Numbered from the stretch's first letter, positions 37,114 through 46,563 are shown. The stretch: 64,000 nt of DNA from Chloroflexota bacterium (GCA_947472995.1 CANJBO010000001.1:140361-204360), one strand, 5' to 3'. The notes: generated by a model from the letters alone, not told the origin. Translations and numbers: made by a program.

Positions 37114-38411
37114 TGGCGATGAACGTCCTCCTCGTCGGCAGCGGCGCGCGCGAGCACGCGATCGCCTGGCGGCTGTCGCAGTCGCCGAGGCTCGCGAAGC
37201 TGTGGATCGCCTCCGGCAACCCCGGCACGGCGCTCTTCGGCGAGAACGTGCCCGAGGTCCGCGCGACGGACCTCGACGGGATCGTGGCGCTGGCCCAGCG
37301 CGTGCGTGCCGACCTCGTCGTCGTGGGGCCCGAGGACCCGCTCGCCGCGGGGCTCGTCGACCGCCTCGAGGCCGCCGGGATTGCCGCTTTCGGCCCCAGC
37401 GGCGCCGCGGCGCAGCTCGAGGCGTCGAAGGCGTTCGCGAAGTCGCTGATGCGCGACGCCGGCATCGCCACATCGTCCTCGATGACGTTCGAGGATGCCG
37501 AGCGCGCGACGGCGTACGTCGCCGACGTGGGACACCTGGTCGTCGTGAAGGCGGACGGGCTGGCCGCGGGCAAGGGCGTCACCGTCTGCGACGACGTCGC
37601 ACAGGCCGAGGCGGCGATCGACGCGGCGATGCGCGACCGCGCCTTCGGCGCGGCGGGCGCGCGCGTGGTGATCGAGGAGCGCATGTTCGGCCGGGAGACC
37701 TCGGCGCACGCGTTCACCGACGGCGTGACCGTGCGCCACATGCCGTTCTCGTGCGACCACAAGCCGGTGTTCGATGGCGACCACGGCCCGAACACCGGCG
37801 GCATGGGCGCCTACTCGCCGCCCTCGTGGCTGCCGGACGGCGTCGCCGACGCGATCCGCCGGGACGTCACCGAGCGGACGGTCCGCGCGATGGCCGACGC
37901 GGGCACGCCGTACCGCGGGGTGATCTACCCCGGCATGATGCTGACCGCCGACGGCCCGCGCGTCGTCGAGTACAACAGCCGCTTCGGCGACCCGGAGACC
38001 GAGGTGCTGCTGCCACGCCTGCGCTCCGACCTCCTCGACATCTTCGACGCGGTCGCGCACGGCCGGCTGGCCGACGTGCCCGTCGAGTGGTCTGACGAGG
38101 CGACCGTCGGTGTGGTGATGGCCGCACCCGGCTACCCCGGCCCCTACGCGACGGGCGCCCCGATCGAGGGCGTGGACGACGTCGACGAGGACGTGCAGGT
38201 GTTCATGGCGGGCACGGCCACCGACGCCGCGGGACGCCTCGTCACCGCGGGCGGGCGCGTGCTCTGCGTCGTGGCGAGCGGTGCGACCGTCGTCGAGGCC
38301 CGCGAGCGCGCGTACGACAACGTGCGGCGCATCTCGTTCGAGGGCGCGCACTACCGCACCGACATCGCCGCGCGCGCCGACGAGGCGCTGACGACGGCGG
38401 TGAGGCGATGA
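37113..38411 (+). CDS. purD: Phosphoribosylamine--glycine ligase
   Basis: MNVLLVGSGAREHAIAW, the ATP-grasp motif VVKADGLAAGKGV, and GPNTGGMGAY. ATGA overlap with the upstream stop. Confidence 0.95.
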   Translation: MAMNVLLVGSGAREHAIAWRLSQSPRLAKLWIASGNPGTALFGENVPEVRATDLDGIVALAQRVRADLVVVGPEDPLAAGLVDRLEAAGIAAFGPSGAAAQLEASKAFAKSLMRDAGIATSSSMTFEDAERATAYVADVGHLVVVKADGLAAGKGVTVCDDVAQAEAAIDAAMRDRAFGAAGARVVIEERMFGRETSAHAFTDGVTVRHMPFSCDHKPVFDGDHGPNTGGMGAYSPPSWLPDGVADAIRRDVTERTVRAMADAGTPYRGVIYPGMMLTADGPRVVEYNSRFGDPETEVLLPRLRSDLLDIFDAVAHGRLADVPVEWSDEATVGVVMAAPGYPGPYATGAPIEGVDDVDEDVQVFMAGTATDAAGRLVTAGGRVLCVVASGATVVEARERAYDNVRRISFEGAHYRTDIAARADEALTTAVRR

Positions 38412-38444
38412 GCGTGGCCGCGCGGAACGGCATGCTGATCGCGT

Positions 38445-38530
38445 GGGGCGGCCCACCCCCCGGCCCCCTCCCGGCGCGGGAGGGGGAGATCAGAATCAGA
38501 AGGAGATCTGGGGGAACTGCGTTCCCCCAG
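38445..38530. repeat. Composite GC-rich palindromic element, family 2 (copy 1)
   Basis: ggggcggcccacccc..ccctcccggcgcgggagggg is followed by a spacer (gatcagaatcagaagg) and a second hairpin ctgggggaac-tgc-gttcccccag. It shares its core with the elements at 54832-54899 and 55441-55507. Confidence 0.8.
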
Positions 38531-38568
38531 GCCCCCGCCGGAGCCGGCATATCGCCCGGCACCCATCG

Positions 38569-38982
38569 ATGAACGCGAGCAACACGATGACAACCGCCGG
38601 CACGCTGCGCTGCCCGATGATCGAGTGCCGGAAGCGCATCGACTTCGACGCGATCCCGGTGCCGCCGGAGCAGCCGGCGGTGGCGCCCTGCCTGCACTTC
38701 ATCGCGGCGTGGGGCGGCATCCGCGGCGGGATGGCCGAGGCCGTCCTGTGGGGGCTGCGCGGCAACCGCGAGCTGGCGATCCGCAACCTGCGCCCCGCCG
38801 AGGTCGAGCCTCGACGGATCGCGGAGGTGCGGCCGGCCCTCGACGCCGCGGCGCGCGCGTTCGCGCACGAGGTGGTCGAGGGCGAGCGGGCGGCGCTGTT
38901 CGGCGACGTGCACGAGCGCAATCGCGTAGCCTTCGAGTTCGCACAGCACATCCTCGGGCCCGACCCGATGACCGCCCGGTAG
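38569..38982 (+). CDS. Hypothetical protein (137 aa) inside the pur cluster
   Basis: High GC3 and non-repetitive sequence. The start is uncertain (ATG 38569 or 38587), with no clear RBS. Confidence 0.5.
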   Translation: MNASNTMTTAGTLRCPMIECRKRIDFDAIPVPPEQPAVAPCLHFIAAWGGIRGGMAEAVLWGLRGNRELAIRNLRPAEVEPRRIAEVRPALDAAARAFAHEVVEGERAALFGDVHERNRVAFEFAQHILGPDPMTAR

Positions 38983-39002
38983 CGGGCAGAAGGAGTTCCG
39001 AC

Positions 39003-39347
39003 ATGGCCGACCACCAGCAGATCCGCCCGGCGAAGGACACGAAGGCGATCGACGCCTTCCCCGGCGTCATCCGCAAGCTGCACGCCTCCGGCGAGGCGAT
39101 CACGCTCGTGCGCATCGAGGTGCAGCAGGACAACGTCGTCCCCGCGCACGTCCACCCGCACGAGCAGGCCGGCACGGTGATCTCCGGACGCGTGTCGCTC
39201 CGCATCGGCGAGACGGTGACGGAGTGCGGCCCCGGCGACGGCTACTACATCCCCGGCGGCATCGAGCACGAGGTCACGGCGCTGGAGCCGACGACCCTCG
39301 TCGAGGGCTTCACCCCGGTGCGCGAGGACTTCCTCGCCGCCGAGTAG
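39003..39347 (+). CDS. Cupin domain protein (114 aa)
   Basis: RBS GAAGGAG. Cupin motifs PAHVHPHEQAGTVISG and GYYIPGGIEHEV. Confidence 0.8.
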   Translation: MADHQQIRPAKDTKAIDAFPGVIRKLHASGEAITLVRIEVQQDNVVPAHVHPHEQAGTVISGRVSLRIGETVTECGPGDGYYIPGGIEHEVTALEPTTLVEGFTPVREDFLAAE

Positions 39348-39395
39348 CTCGCATCGTCACGCATCGCTGAGCCCGCAGAACGCGGAGGTCCGACC

Positions 39396-40697
39396 ATGAT
39401 TCCTCGATACAGCCGCCCCGAGATGGAGGCGATCTGGTCGGACGCGCACAAGTTCGAGACGTGGCTCAAGGTCGAGGTCGCCGTCGTGCAGGCATGGGGT
39501 GACGAGGGCGTCGCCCCCGCCGACGAGGTGGCGAAGGTCGTCGCGAACGCGACGGTCAACGTGCCGGACGTGATGCGCTACATCGACGAGACGCACCACG
39601 ACGTGACGGCGTTCCTGCGCTCCGTCGCCGACTCGCTCGGCCCGGAGTCGCGCTGGGTCCACTACGGACTGACGAGCAACGACGTCTGGGACACCGCGAC
39701 GTGCATGCAGATGATCGACGCGATCGACATCCTGATCGTCGGGGTCGTGAAGCTCCGCGAGGTCATCCAGCGGCAGGCCGTGAAGCACAAGGACACGATC
39801 TGCATCGGCCGCACGCACGGCGTGCACGCGGAGCCGACGACGTTCGGGCTGAAGCTGCTGGTCTGGGTGGACGAGCTGCGGCGGCAGGAGGAGCGCCTCG
39901 CGCTCGCGCGCACGCACGTCGCCGTCGGACAGATGTCCGGCCCCGTCGGCACGCACGCCTCGGTGCCGCCGAGCGTCGAGGAGAACGCGTGCAGGCGCCT
40001 CGGCCTCGACGTCGCAAAGGTGACGACGCAGATCATCCAGCGCGACCGCCACGCGTTCTACTTCGAGGTGCTCGCCGGGGTCGGCGCGTCGCTGGAGAAG
40101 TTCGCGCTCGAGATCCGCGGCCTGCAACGCACCGACATCCTCGAAGCCGAGGAGCCGTTCGACGAGGCGGGCCAGACTGGATCGTCCTCGATGCCGCACA
40201 AGCGCAACCCGGAGCTGTGCGAGCGCGTCTGCGGCATCGCCCGCGTGCTGCGCGGCTACGCCGTCACGGGCCTTGAGAACGTGGCGCTCTGGCATGAGCG
40301 CGACATCTCGCACTCCGGCGCCGAGCGCATCATCATGCCGGACGCCACGGGGCTCCTCGACTACGCGCTGCACATCTTCACCGGCGTGATGGACGGCCTC
40401 GTCGTCTACCCCGAGCGGATGATGAAGAACCTGGAGCGCACGCAGGGGCTGATCTACTCCTCGAAGGTGTTGAACTCGCTGCTGGAGGCGGGGATGATCC
40501 GCACGGCGGCGTACGACATCGTGAAGCGCAACTCCATGAAGGCGTGGCGCGAGGACGTGCCGCTCCGCGGACTGCTCGAGGCCGACGCCGACGTCACCTC
40601 GCGCCTGTCGGCCGCGACGCTCGACGCGGTGTTCGACCCTCGTGCGTACCTGATCCACATCGACGAATCGTTCCGGAGGATGGGGCTGCTCGCATGA
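39396..40697 (+). CDS. purB: Adenylosuccinate lyase
   Basis: MIPRYSRPEM, TSNDVWDT and the signature SSSMPHKRNP. Confidence 0.95.
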   Translation: MIPRYSRPEMEAIWSDAHKFETWLKVEVAVVQAWGDEGVAPADEVAKVVANATVNVPDVMRYIDETHHDVTAFLRSVADSLGPESRWVHYGLTSNDVWDTATCMQMIDAIDILIVGVVKLREVIQRQAVKHKDTICIGRTHGVHAEPTTFGLKLLVWVDELRRQEERLALARTHVAVGQMSGPVGTHASVPPSVEENACRRLGLDVAKVTTQIIQRDRHAFYFEVLAGVGASLEKFALEIRGLQRTDILEAEEPFDEAGQTGSSSMPHKRNPELCERVCGIARVLRGYAVTGLENVALWHERDISHSGAERIIMPDATGLLDYALHIFTGVMDGLVVYPERMMKNLERTQGLIYSSKVLNSLLEAGMIRTAAYDIVKRNSMKAWREDVPLRGLLEADADVTSRLSAATLDAVFDPRAYLIHIDESFRRMGLLA

Positions 40698-41614
40698 CCA
40701 CTCACCAGCCCCCGATGACGACGACGGACCTTCCGGGGCTCACCCGCATCCACCAGGGGAAGGTGCGCGACGTGTACGCGCTGCCGCCCGACGCGCAGGG
40801 CGAGCGCCTGCTCCTCGTCGCGACCGACCGCGTGTCGGCGTTCGACGTGGTGCTGCCGAACGCGGTGCCGCGCAAGGGCGAGGTGCTCACGCGCCTTTCG
40901 AAGTTCTGGTACGACCGCACCAGCAGCGTCGTCCCCAGCGCGTTCATCGCCGTCCTCGACGCGACGAACGCCGAGGAGTTCGGCGTGACGGACCCCGCCT
41001 ACTTCGGTCGCTCGATGGTGATGCGCCGGGGCGACGTGGTGAAGGTGGAATGCGTGGTGCGCGGCTACCTCGTCGGGTCGGGGTGGAAGGAGTACCAGGA
41101 GCACGGCGTGGTCTGCGGCATCCCGCTGCCCGCGGGCATGCAGATGGCCGGCCGCCTGATGGAGCCGATCTTCACGCCGACCTCGAAGGCCGAGCCCCCC
41201 GCCCACGACGCCCCGATGACGTACGAGGAGGTCGAGGCGCTCGTCGGCCCCGAGGTCGCGAACGCGGTGAAGCTGCGCTCGCTCGCGCTGTACCGCTACG
41301 GCGCGACCGCCGCCGCGGAGCGCGGCATCCTCGTTGCGGACACGAAGTTCGAGTTCGGCATGATCAACGGCGAGCCGACGCTCATCGACGAGGTGCTGAC
41401 GCCGGACTCCTCGAGGTTCTGGCCGGCGAACCAGTACGAACCGGGCCACGACCAGCCGTCGTTCGACAAGCAGCCGCTGCGCGACTGGCTGGAGACGCTC
41501 GACTGGAACAAGCAGCCCCCCGGCCCGGAGCTGCCCCCCGAGATCGTCGAGGCGACCAGCCTCCGCTACATCGACGCGTACAAGCGCATCACCGGCGATG
41601 ATCTCCCCGACTAG
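40694..41614 (+). CDS. purC: Phosphoribosylaminoimidazole-succinocarboxamide synthase
   Basis: GKVRDVY, LLLVATDRVSAFD and LVADTKFEFG. ATGA overlap with the purB stop. Confidence 0.93.
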   Translation: MTTHQPPMTTTDLPGLTRIHQGKVRDVYALPPDAQGERLLLVATDRVSAFDVVLPNAVPRKGEVLTRLSKFWYDRTSSVVPSAFIAVLDATNAEEFGVTDPAYFGRSMVMRRGDVVKVECVVRGYLVGSGWKEYQEHGVVCGIPLPAGMQMAGRLMEPIFTPTSKAEPPAHDAPMTYEEVEALVGPEVANAVKLRSLALYRYGATAAAERGILVADTKFEFGMINGEPTLIDEVLTPDSSRFWPANQYEPGHDQPSFDKQPLRDWLETLDWNKQPPGPELPPEIVEATSLRYIDAYKRITGDDLPD

Positions 41615-41626
41615 CCGCATTCTGAT

Positions 41627-41664
41627 CCCCTCTCCCCGTTCGGGGAGAGGGTTAGGGTGAGGGC
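41627..41664. repeat. REP-like palindromic element, family 1 (copy B, inverted relative to copy A)
   Basis: CCCCTCTCCCCgttcGGGGAGAGGGttagggtgagggc. The reverse complement is 36/38 identical to 18767-18804. It lies between purC and purS. Confidence 0.8.
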
Positions 41665-41688
41665 TCTGCCCTCCGCGAACGGACGACG

Positions 41689-41952
41689 ATGGCTACCTAC
41701 CTCGCGCACATCAACGTGATGCTCCGCCCGCTGGTGAACGACCCGCAGGGCCTCGCCGTCCGCGACGGCCTGCACGCGCTCGGCTTCGAGCACACGACAA
41801 GCGTCCGCGTCGGCAAGCGCATCGAGGTCACCCTCGACGCCGCGTCCACCTCGACCGCCGAGCAGCAGGTGGCGCAGATGTGCGACCGCCTCCTCGCGAA
41901 CGCAGTCATCGAGGACTACGAGTTCACCGTGTCGGAGGTCGTGGGGGCGTAG
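41689..41952 (+). CDS. purS: Phosphoribosylformylglycinamidine synthase subunit PurS
   Basis: 87 aa. VMLRPLVNDPQGLAVRDGLHALGF is typical of PurS. Confidence 0.9.
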   Translation: MATYLAHINVMLRPLVNDPQGLAVRDGLHALGFEHTTSVRVGKRIEVTLDAASTSTAEQQVAQMCDRLLANAVIEDYEFTVSEVVGA

Positions 41953-41957
41953 CGAGA

Positions 41958-42202
41958 CTAGCCGAAGAGCTCTTCGGAAAACTCATCGCGACCGCGGCCA
42001 AGCTGGCGGGCGGCATCGCTCACGATCGCGCTCAACAGCCAACCTTGATCACGCGATGACGTGGAACGGTGAGGATGGCCTGTTCGCCGTCGCTAGCACG
42101 CCGAAGAATGACGTGGCTGCCGGTCTGTCGAATGGCTTCGTAGCCATAGCGCCGCAAGCGCGCTATCAGCTCCGTGCCCGAGATATCACGAGGAAGCCTC
42201 AC
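41958..42202 (-). pseudogene. hicA: hicA-like toxin gene (YcfA/HicA mRNA interferase) interrupted by a 1-nt frameshift
   Basis: GTG 42202 overlaps the hicB stop (GTGA). Frame 0 reads MRLPRDISGTELIARLRRYGYEAIRQTGSHVILRR...TVPRHRVIKVGC* and stops at 42032-42034. The -1 frame continues LLSAIVSDAARQLGRGRDEFSEELFG* to 41958, which matches the expected HicA C-terminal helix. Confidence 0.6.
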
Positions 42203-42408
42203 ACCGCGATCAGCTCGTCGATGACGAGGTGCAGGCGGATCACCGCCGGGCGATCGCCTTCGTCGAAATGACAGAGAACCGCGTCGCGGACCATCTCGCG
42301 CAGATCGTCCATCGAGTCGCCCTGTGTGAAGATCGAGTAGCCCAACGCGACAGCGGTGTATCCGCCCTCCGGATCGGCCTCGACGTTGAAGATGATCTCG
42401 CTCGGCAT
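42199..42408 (-). CDS. hicB: HicB-like antitoxin (short form, no DNA-binding domain), 69 aa
   Basis: IFNVEADPEGGYTAVALGYSIFTQGDSMDDLREMVRDAV matches the HicB N-domain fold family. GGAGG RBS. Confidence 0.7.
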   Translation of the reverse strand: MPSEIIFNVEADPEGGYTAVALGYSIFTQGDSMDDLREMVRDAVLCHFDEGDRPAVIRLHLVIDELIAV

Positions 42409-42446
42409 CGGGGCCTCCGTGCTCAGTATACGAGAGATGGCACGCC

Positions 42447-43247
42447 CTACCCGCCCAGCACGCGCAGCCACTCCGCGTGCAGCGCGGCGTTCGAGGTGAT
42501 CGAGTAGCCGGCGTCGATGGTGCGCGTGCCGGCGCCGTCGGTCAGGTGGCCGCCGGCTTCCTCGACGATGACCTGGAGCGCGGCGATGTCCCACGGGCTG
42601 ATGTGGCCCTCGAGCATCACCTCGGCGGCACCCTCGGCGACGAGGCAGTGCGACCAGAAGTCGCCGAAGCCGCGCGTGCGCCAGGCGCGATCCAGCAGCG
42701 GCTCGAAGGTGCTGGGCCAGCGGTCTCGGCACAGGTGGTGCGCGCCGTAGAGGACCTGCGCCTCCTCGATCGTGGCGATCGTGGAGACGGCGATGCGCTC
42801 GGGCGCGCCGCCGCGCACAGCCACCGCGCCGCGCCACGCGCCGAGGCCGCGCCCGGCCCACCAGCGCGTCTCCAGCGCCGGCGCCGAGGCGACACCGACC
42901 TCGATCTCGCCGTTGCGCTCGCAGGCGATGAGCGTCGCCCAGATCGGGATGCCGCGCGCGAATCCGTGCGTGCCGTCGATCGGGTCGAGGATCCAGCGCG
43001 CCTCGCCGGCCGCGCCCGGCGTGAAGCCCTGCTCCTCGCCGAGGATGCTGTGGTCCGGGAAGCGCGCGGTGATCTGCTGGCGCAGGAACAGCTCGACGGC
43101 CCGGTCGGCGAGCGTCACCAGCGTGCCGTCTGCCTTCTCCGTCGTGCCGAGGTCGCCCCGGTAGTACGACATGGAGATGTTGTCGGCCTCGTCGGCGAGG
43201 TCGAGCGCGAAGCCCAGAAGGTCGGCGGTCGTCACCTCGTTCGTCAC
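42447..43247 (-). CDS. hisN: Histidinol-phosphatase, inositol monophosphatase family (HisN type)
   Basis: IMPase motifs ILGEE, WILDPIDGT and WDIAA. It lies immediately downstream of hisB/hisC. Confidence 0.8.
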   Translation of the reverse strand: MTNEVTTADLLGFALDLADEADNISMSYYRGDLGTTEKADGTLVTLADRAVELFLRQQITARFPDHSILGEEQGFTPGAAGEARWILDPIDGTHGFARGIPIWATLIACERNGEIEVGVASAPALETRWWAGRGLGAWRGAVAVRGGAPERIAVSTIATIEEAQVLYGAHHLCRDRWPSTFEPLLDRAWRTRGFGDFWSHCLVAEGAAEVMLEGHISPWDIAALQVIVEEAGGHLTDGAGTRTIDAGYSITSNAALHAEWLRVLGG

Positions 43248-43269
43248 GCTCTTCCTTCCGCGCCCCGCG

Positions 43270-43896
43270 CTAGGCGGTCAGCGTGTCCTTCGTCGAGGGC
43301 ACCTGGCCGACGATGCGCGGGTCGAGCGCCGTCGCCTTGTCGAGGGCGCGGCCAAGCGCCTTCATCGCGGCTTCCGCGATGTGGTGGTCGTTCGCGCCGG
43401 CGAGCTGGCGGACGTGCAGTGTGAGCTTCGCGGCGGTCGCGAAGGAGTGAAGCACGTGCTCCACCATCTGCGACGGCGCCTCGCCGATCATCGGGCCGAC
43501 GAAGTCGAGGTCGATGACGCCGAACGGACGCCCGGAGATATCGACGACGCACTGCACGAGCGCCTCGTCGAGGGGTACAAGCGCGTCGCCCATGCGCACG
43601 ATGCCCGCGCGGTCGCGCAGCGCCTGGTCGAACGCCTGCCCGACGACCAGCGCGACATCCTCCATCGTGTGGTGGGCGTCGACGTGCAGGTCACCCGTGG
43701 CGGCGACGGTGAGGTCGAAGCGGCCGTGCTTCGCGAACGCGGTCAGCATGTGGTCGAAGAAGCCGATGCCGGTCGAGACCTCGGCGATGCCGCTGCCGTC
43801 CACGTTCAGCGTCGCGCGGATGCTCGTCTCCGCGGTCTCGCGCGTGACTTCGACGCGTCGGTCGTTCAACTCAGCCATGCGCCAGCTCCTCGCCAA
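43270..43896 (-). CDS. hisB: Imidazoleglycerol-phosphate dehydratase
   Basis: TRETAETSI, GIGFFDHML and DAHHTMEDVALV. Alternative start at ATG 43878. Confidence 0.93.
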   Translation of the reverse strand: MARSWRMAELNDRRVEVTRETAETSIRATLNVDGSGIAEVSTGIGFFDHMLTAFAKHGRFDLTVAATGDLHVDAHHTMEDVALVVGQAFDQALRDRAGIVRMGDALVPLDEALVQCVVDISGRPFGVIDLDFVGPMIGEAPSQMVEHVLHSFATAAKLTLHVRQLAGANDHHIAEAAMKALGRALDKATALDPRIVGQVPSTKDTLTA

Positions 43897-44983
43897 TGTC
43901 TCGTAGCGCCGCGATCACGCGGTCGTTCTGCTCCGGGCGCGCCATCGAGATGCGCAGATGATCGCGCAGCCTCGAGGATTCGAAGTAGCGCGTGAAGATG
44001 CCGCGCTGCCGCAGCAGGTCGCGCACCGTGCGCCCATCCCCGCGCGCGAGGCGCATCAGCACGAAGTTCGACTGCGACGGCACCGGCTCCACCCATTCGA
44101 GGCGCGCCAGCTCGCGCGTTACGCGCTCGCGCTCCTCGACGATCACGCGCGCACGCTCGTCGAGGACGGCGGCGTCCTCGATCGACGCGATCGCGGCGGC
44201 GGCAGCGGCGGCGTTCGGGTTGTACGGCTGCTTCACGCGCCGGAACAGATCGGCGGTGCGCTCGCTCATCACCCCGTAGCCGACGCGCAGGCCGGCAAGG
44301 CCGCCCCACTTCGAGAGCGTGCGCAGCACGATCAGGCCATCCTCGATCGACGCGCGCGGCGCCAGCGACGGCGCGTCCGCGAACTCGATGTATGCCTCGT
44401 CCACCACGAGCAGCGCGCCGGTTTCGAGCAGCGGATCGACGAGCGACGGGGGCAGCAGCCCCCCGGTCGGGTTGTTGGGGGACGGGATGAAGACCGCCTT
44501 CGCCGTCCGCGCCGCCGCGATCAGGGCTGCCTCATCGAGGGACCAGTCGTCGAGCCGCGGGACATCGATGACCTCGACGCCGTGCTGACCGGCGTCGAAT
44601 GCGTACATGCCGAAGGTCGGCGACGCCACGACGATCGCGTCGCCGGGGCCGAGGTACATGCGGAAGATGAGATCGATGAGCTCGTCCGACCCGGAGCCCG
44701 CGACGATGCACTCCGGCGACACGCCGAGGCGTCCACCGAACGCGGTGCGCAACGCGAACTGCTGCTCGTCGCCGTACCACTCGGCCCGATAGTCGAGCGA
44801 GCGCAAGGCCTCCACGGCACGCGGTGACGGGCCGTACGGGCTCTCGTTGCCGTCGATCTTGATGACGTCGGCAGGATCGATGCCATAGCGCGCGGCGACC
44901 TCGTACATGTCCTCGAGGGCCTGGTACGTCGGCGGCGTGCGGAGCGCGGGCAGCAGTCGCTCGACGGGGTCGAAGCGCGCCAT
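43871..44983 (-). CDS. hisC: Histidinol-phosphate aminotransferase
   Basis: IKIDGNESPYGPSP, SPNNPTG and RTLSKWGGLAGLRVGY. 370 aa from ATG 44983. The longer track ORF is run-through. Confidence 0.92.
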   Translation of the reverse strand: MARFDPVERLLPALRTPPTYQALEDMYEVAARYGIDPADVIKIDGNESPYGPSPRAVEALRSLDYRAEWYGDEQQFALRTAFGGRLGVSPECIVAGSGSDELIDLIFRMYLGPGDAIVVASPTFGMYAFDAGQHGVEVIDVPRLDDWSLDEAALIAAARTAKAVFIPSPNNPTGGLLPPSLVDPLLETGALLVVDEAYIEFADAPSLAPRASIEDGLIVLRTLSKWGGLAGLRVGYGVMSERTADLFRRVKQPYNPNAAAAAAAIASIEDAAVLDERARVIVEERERVTRELARLEWVEPVPSQSNFVLMRLARGDGRTVRDLLRQRGIFTRYFESSRLRDHLRISMARPEQNDRVIAALRDIGEELAHG

Positions 44984-46563
44984 CAGCGCCCCTCCAACCG
45001 GCGTTCGATGCTGCGCGCGTGGCCGGTCAGCCCCTCGGCGCGGGCCATGCGCGCCGCGTACGGGCCGAGGCGTCCGAGGTCCTCGTCGCTGAGCGCGATG
45101 ACCGAGGTGATCTTGAGGAAGTCGAGCACGGACAGCGGCCCGGCGAAGCGCGCAGAGCCGTTGGTGGGCATGACGTGGCTGGGGCCGGCGGTGTAGTCGC
45201 CCAGCACTTCGGGCGACGACTCGCCGAGGAACACGCCACCCGCGTTCTTCACCAGCGGCAGCAGCGCCTCCGGGTGCGCGACCAGCAGGCACATGTGCTC
45301 CGGCGCGAACTCGTTGGCGAGCTGCATCGCGACCTCGAGGTCGGGGACGACGATCGCGCCGCCGCGCATGATCGCCGCGCGCGCGATCGGCTCGCGCTCC
45401 AACGTCGCGAGCTGCGCTTCGACCTGCGCGGCCACCGCCTCCGCCTGCGCGAGGCTGGTCGTGATCAGGACGGGCGTCGCGAGGACGTCGTGCTCTGCCT
45501 GCGCCAGCAGGTCGGCGGCGGCGAGGTCGGGCGAGGCGTGCTCGTCCGCGACGACGAGCGTCTCCGTCGGCCCGTAGATCGCATCGATGCCCACGCGCCC
45601 GAAGAGCTGCTGCTTCGCGATCGTCACGAAGATGCCGCCCGGCCCCGCGATCTTGTCGACGCGCGGGATCGTCTCGGTGCCGAACGCGAGCGCCGCGATC
45701 GCCTGCGCGCCCGAGGCGCGGAAGATGCGCCTGATGCCCGACATCTGCGCCGCGACGAGCTTCAGCGGGTTCACCGTGCCGTCGGCACGCGCCGCCGTCA
45801 CGCCGATGACCTCCTCGACGCCCGCCACCACCGCCGGGATCGCGGTGTGGATCACCGACGAGGGCAGTGCCGCGTCGGAGCCGGTCATGTAGACGCCGAC
45901 ACGCTCCAGCGGCCGCACGAGCATGCCCGTGCCGCGCGCGGTGAACGAGGTGGGCGCGTGCTCCATCTGCGTCTCGTGGTAGCGGCGCACGCGGCTCACG
46001 GTGAACGCGATGGCGTCGCGGTCCTCGGGCGAGACGAGCTCGAAGGCCTCGCCGATCTCGTCGGGCGTGACCTCGATCAGGTCGTACGAGGAGCCGTCGA
46101 AGTGCTGCGACAGGCGCGATACGGCGGCATCGCCCTCGCGCGCGACGGCGTCGAGGATGCGCGCGACGTGGCCCGCCGGCGTGACGGGCTCGCCCCACAG
46201 CGCGTCGATGCCCGCCTGCACGTCCGCGGCGAGCACCGGCTCGGACAGCGGCGCGCGGCGGATGATCGCGGCGCGCGCGGCCTCGAGGTCGGTGAAGATG
46301 CGGAACGGGCGCTCCGTCGACGCGACGGGGGCAGGCGCCGCGGTCGGCGCCACCTCGACCGGGGCCGCCTCGACGGCGGGCGCCGCGATCTCCGGTGCGG
46401 GGGCGTCGGGTGCCGGTTCGTCGGTTGGTGCCGCGTCGAGGCTCGCCGCCTCGATGACGGCGTCGGGCGCAGCCGCCTCCGGCTCGCGGGACTCCTCGTC
46501 GGGCGTCTCCTCGTTCGGAGTCCCATCCTCGGGAGTCTGGGTCGCGGTGGTGTCGGTCGTCAT
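44983..46563 (-). CDS. hisD: Histidinol dehydrogenase with about 85-aa acidic Pro/Ala/Thr-rich N-terminal extension
   Basis: The HisD core has IAGPGGIFV, AQAEHD and GDYTAGPSHVMPT. ATG 46563 overlaps the upstream stop (ATGA). Confidence 0.9.
   Translation of the reverse strand: MTTDTTATQTPEDGTPNEETPDEESREPEAAAPDAVIEAASLDAAPTDEPAPDAPAPEIAAPAVEAAPVEVAPTAAPAPVASTERPFRIFTDLEAARAAIIRRAPLSEPVLAADVQAGIDALWGEPVTPAGHVARILDAVAREGDAAVSRLSQHFDGSSYDLIEVTPDEIGEAFELVSPEDRDAIAFTVSRVRRYHETQMEHAPTSFTARGTGMLVRPLERVGVYMTGSDAALPSSVIHTAIPAVVAGVEEVIGVTAARADGTVNPLKLVAAQMSGIRRIFRASGAQAIAALAFGTETIPRVDKIAGPGGIFVTIAKQQLFGRVGIDAIYGPTETLVVADEHASPDLAAADLLAQAEHDVLATPVLITTSLAQAEAVAAQVEAQLATLEREPIARAAIMRGGAIVVPDLEVAMQLANEFAPEHMCLLVAHPEALLPLVKNAGGVFLGESSPEVLGDYTAGPSHVMPTNGSARFAGPLSVLDFLKITSVIALSDEDLGRLGPYAARMARAEGLTGHARSIERRLEGR

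Noticed and set aside
42056-42271. 71-aa plus-strand ORF overlapping the hicA/hicB region.
   Set aside because: It is antisense to the HicA and HicB reading frames, which have clear family similarity and coupled start/stop signals. It has no motifs of its own.
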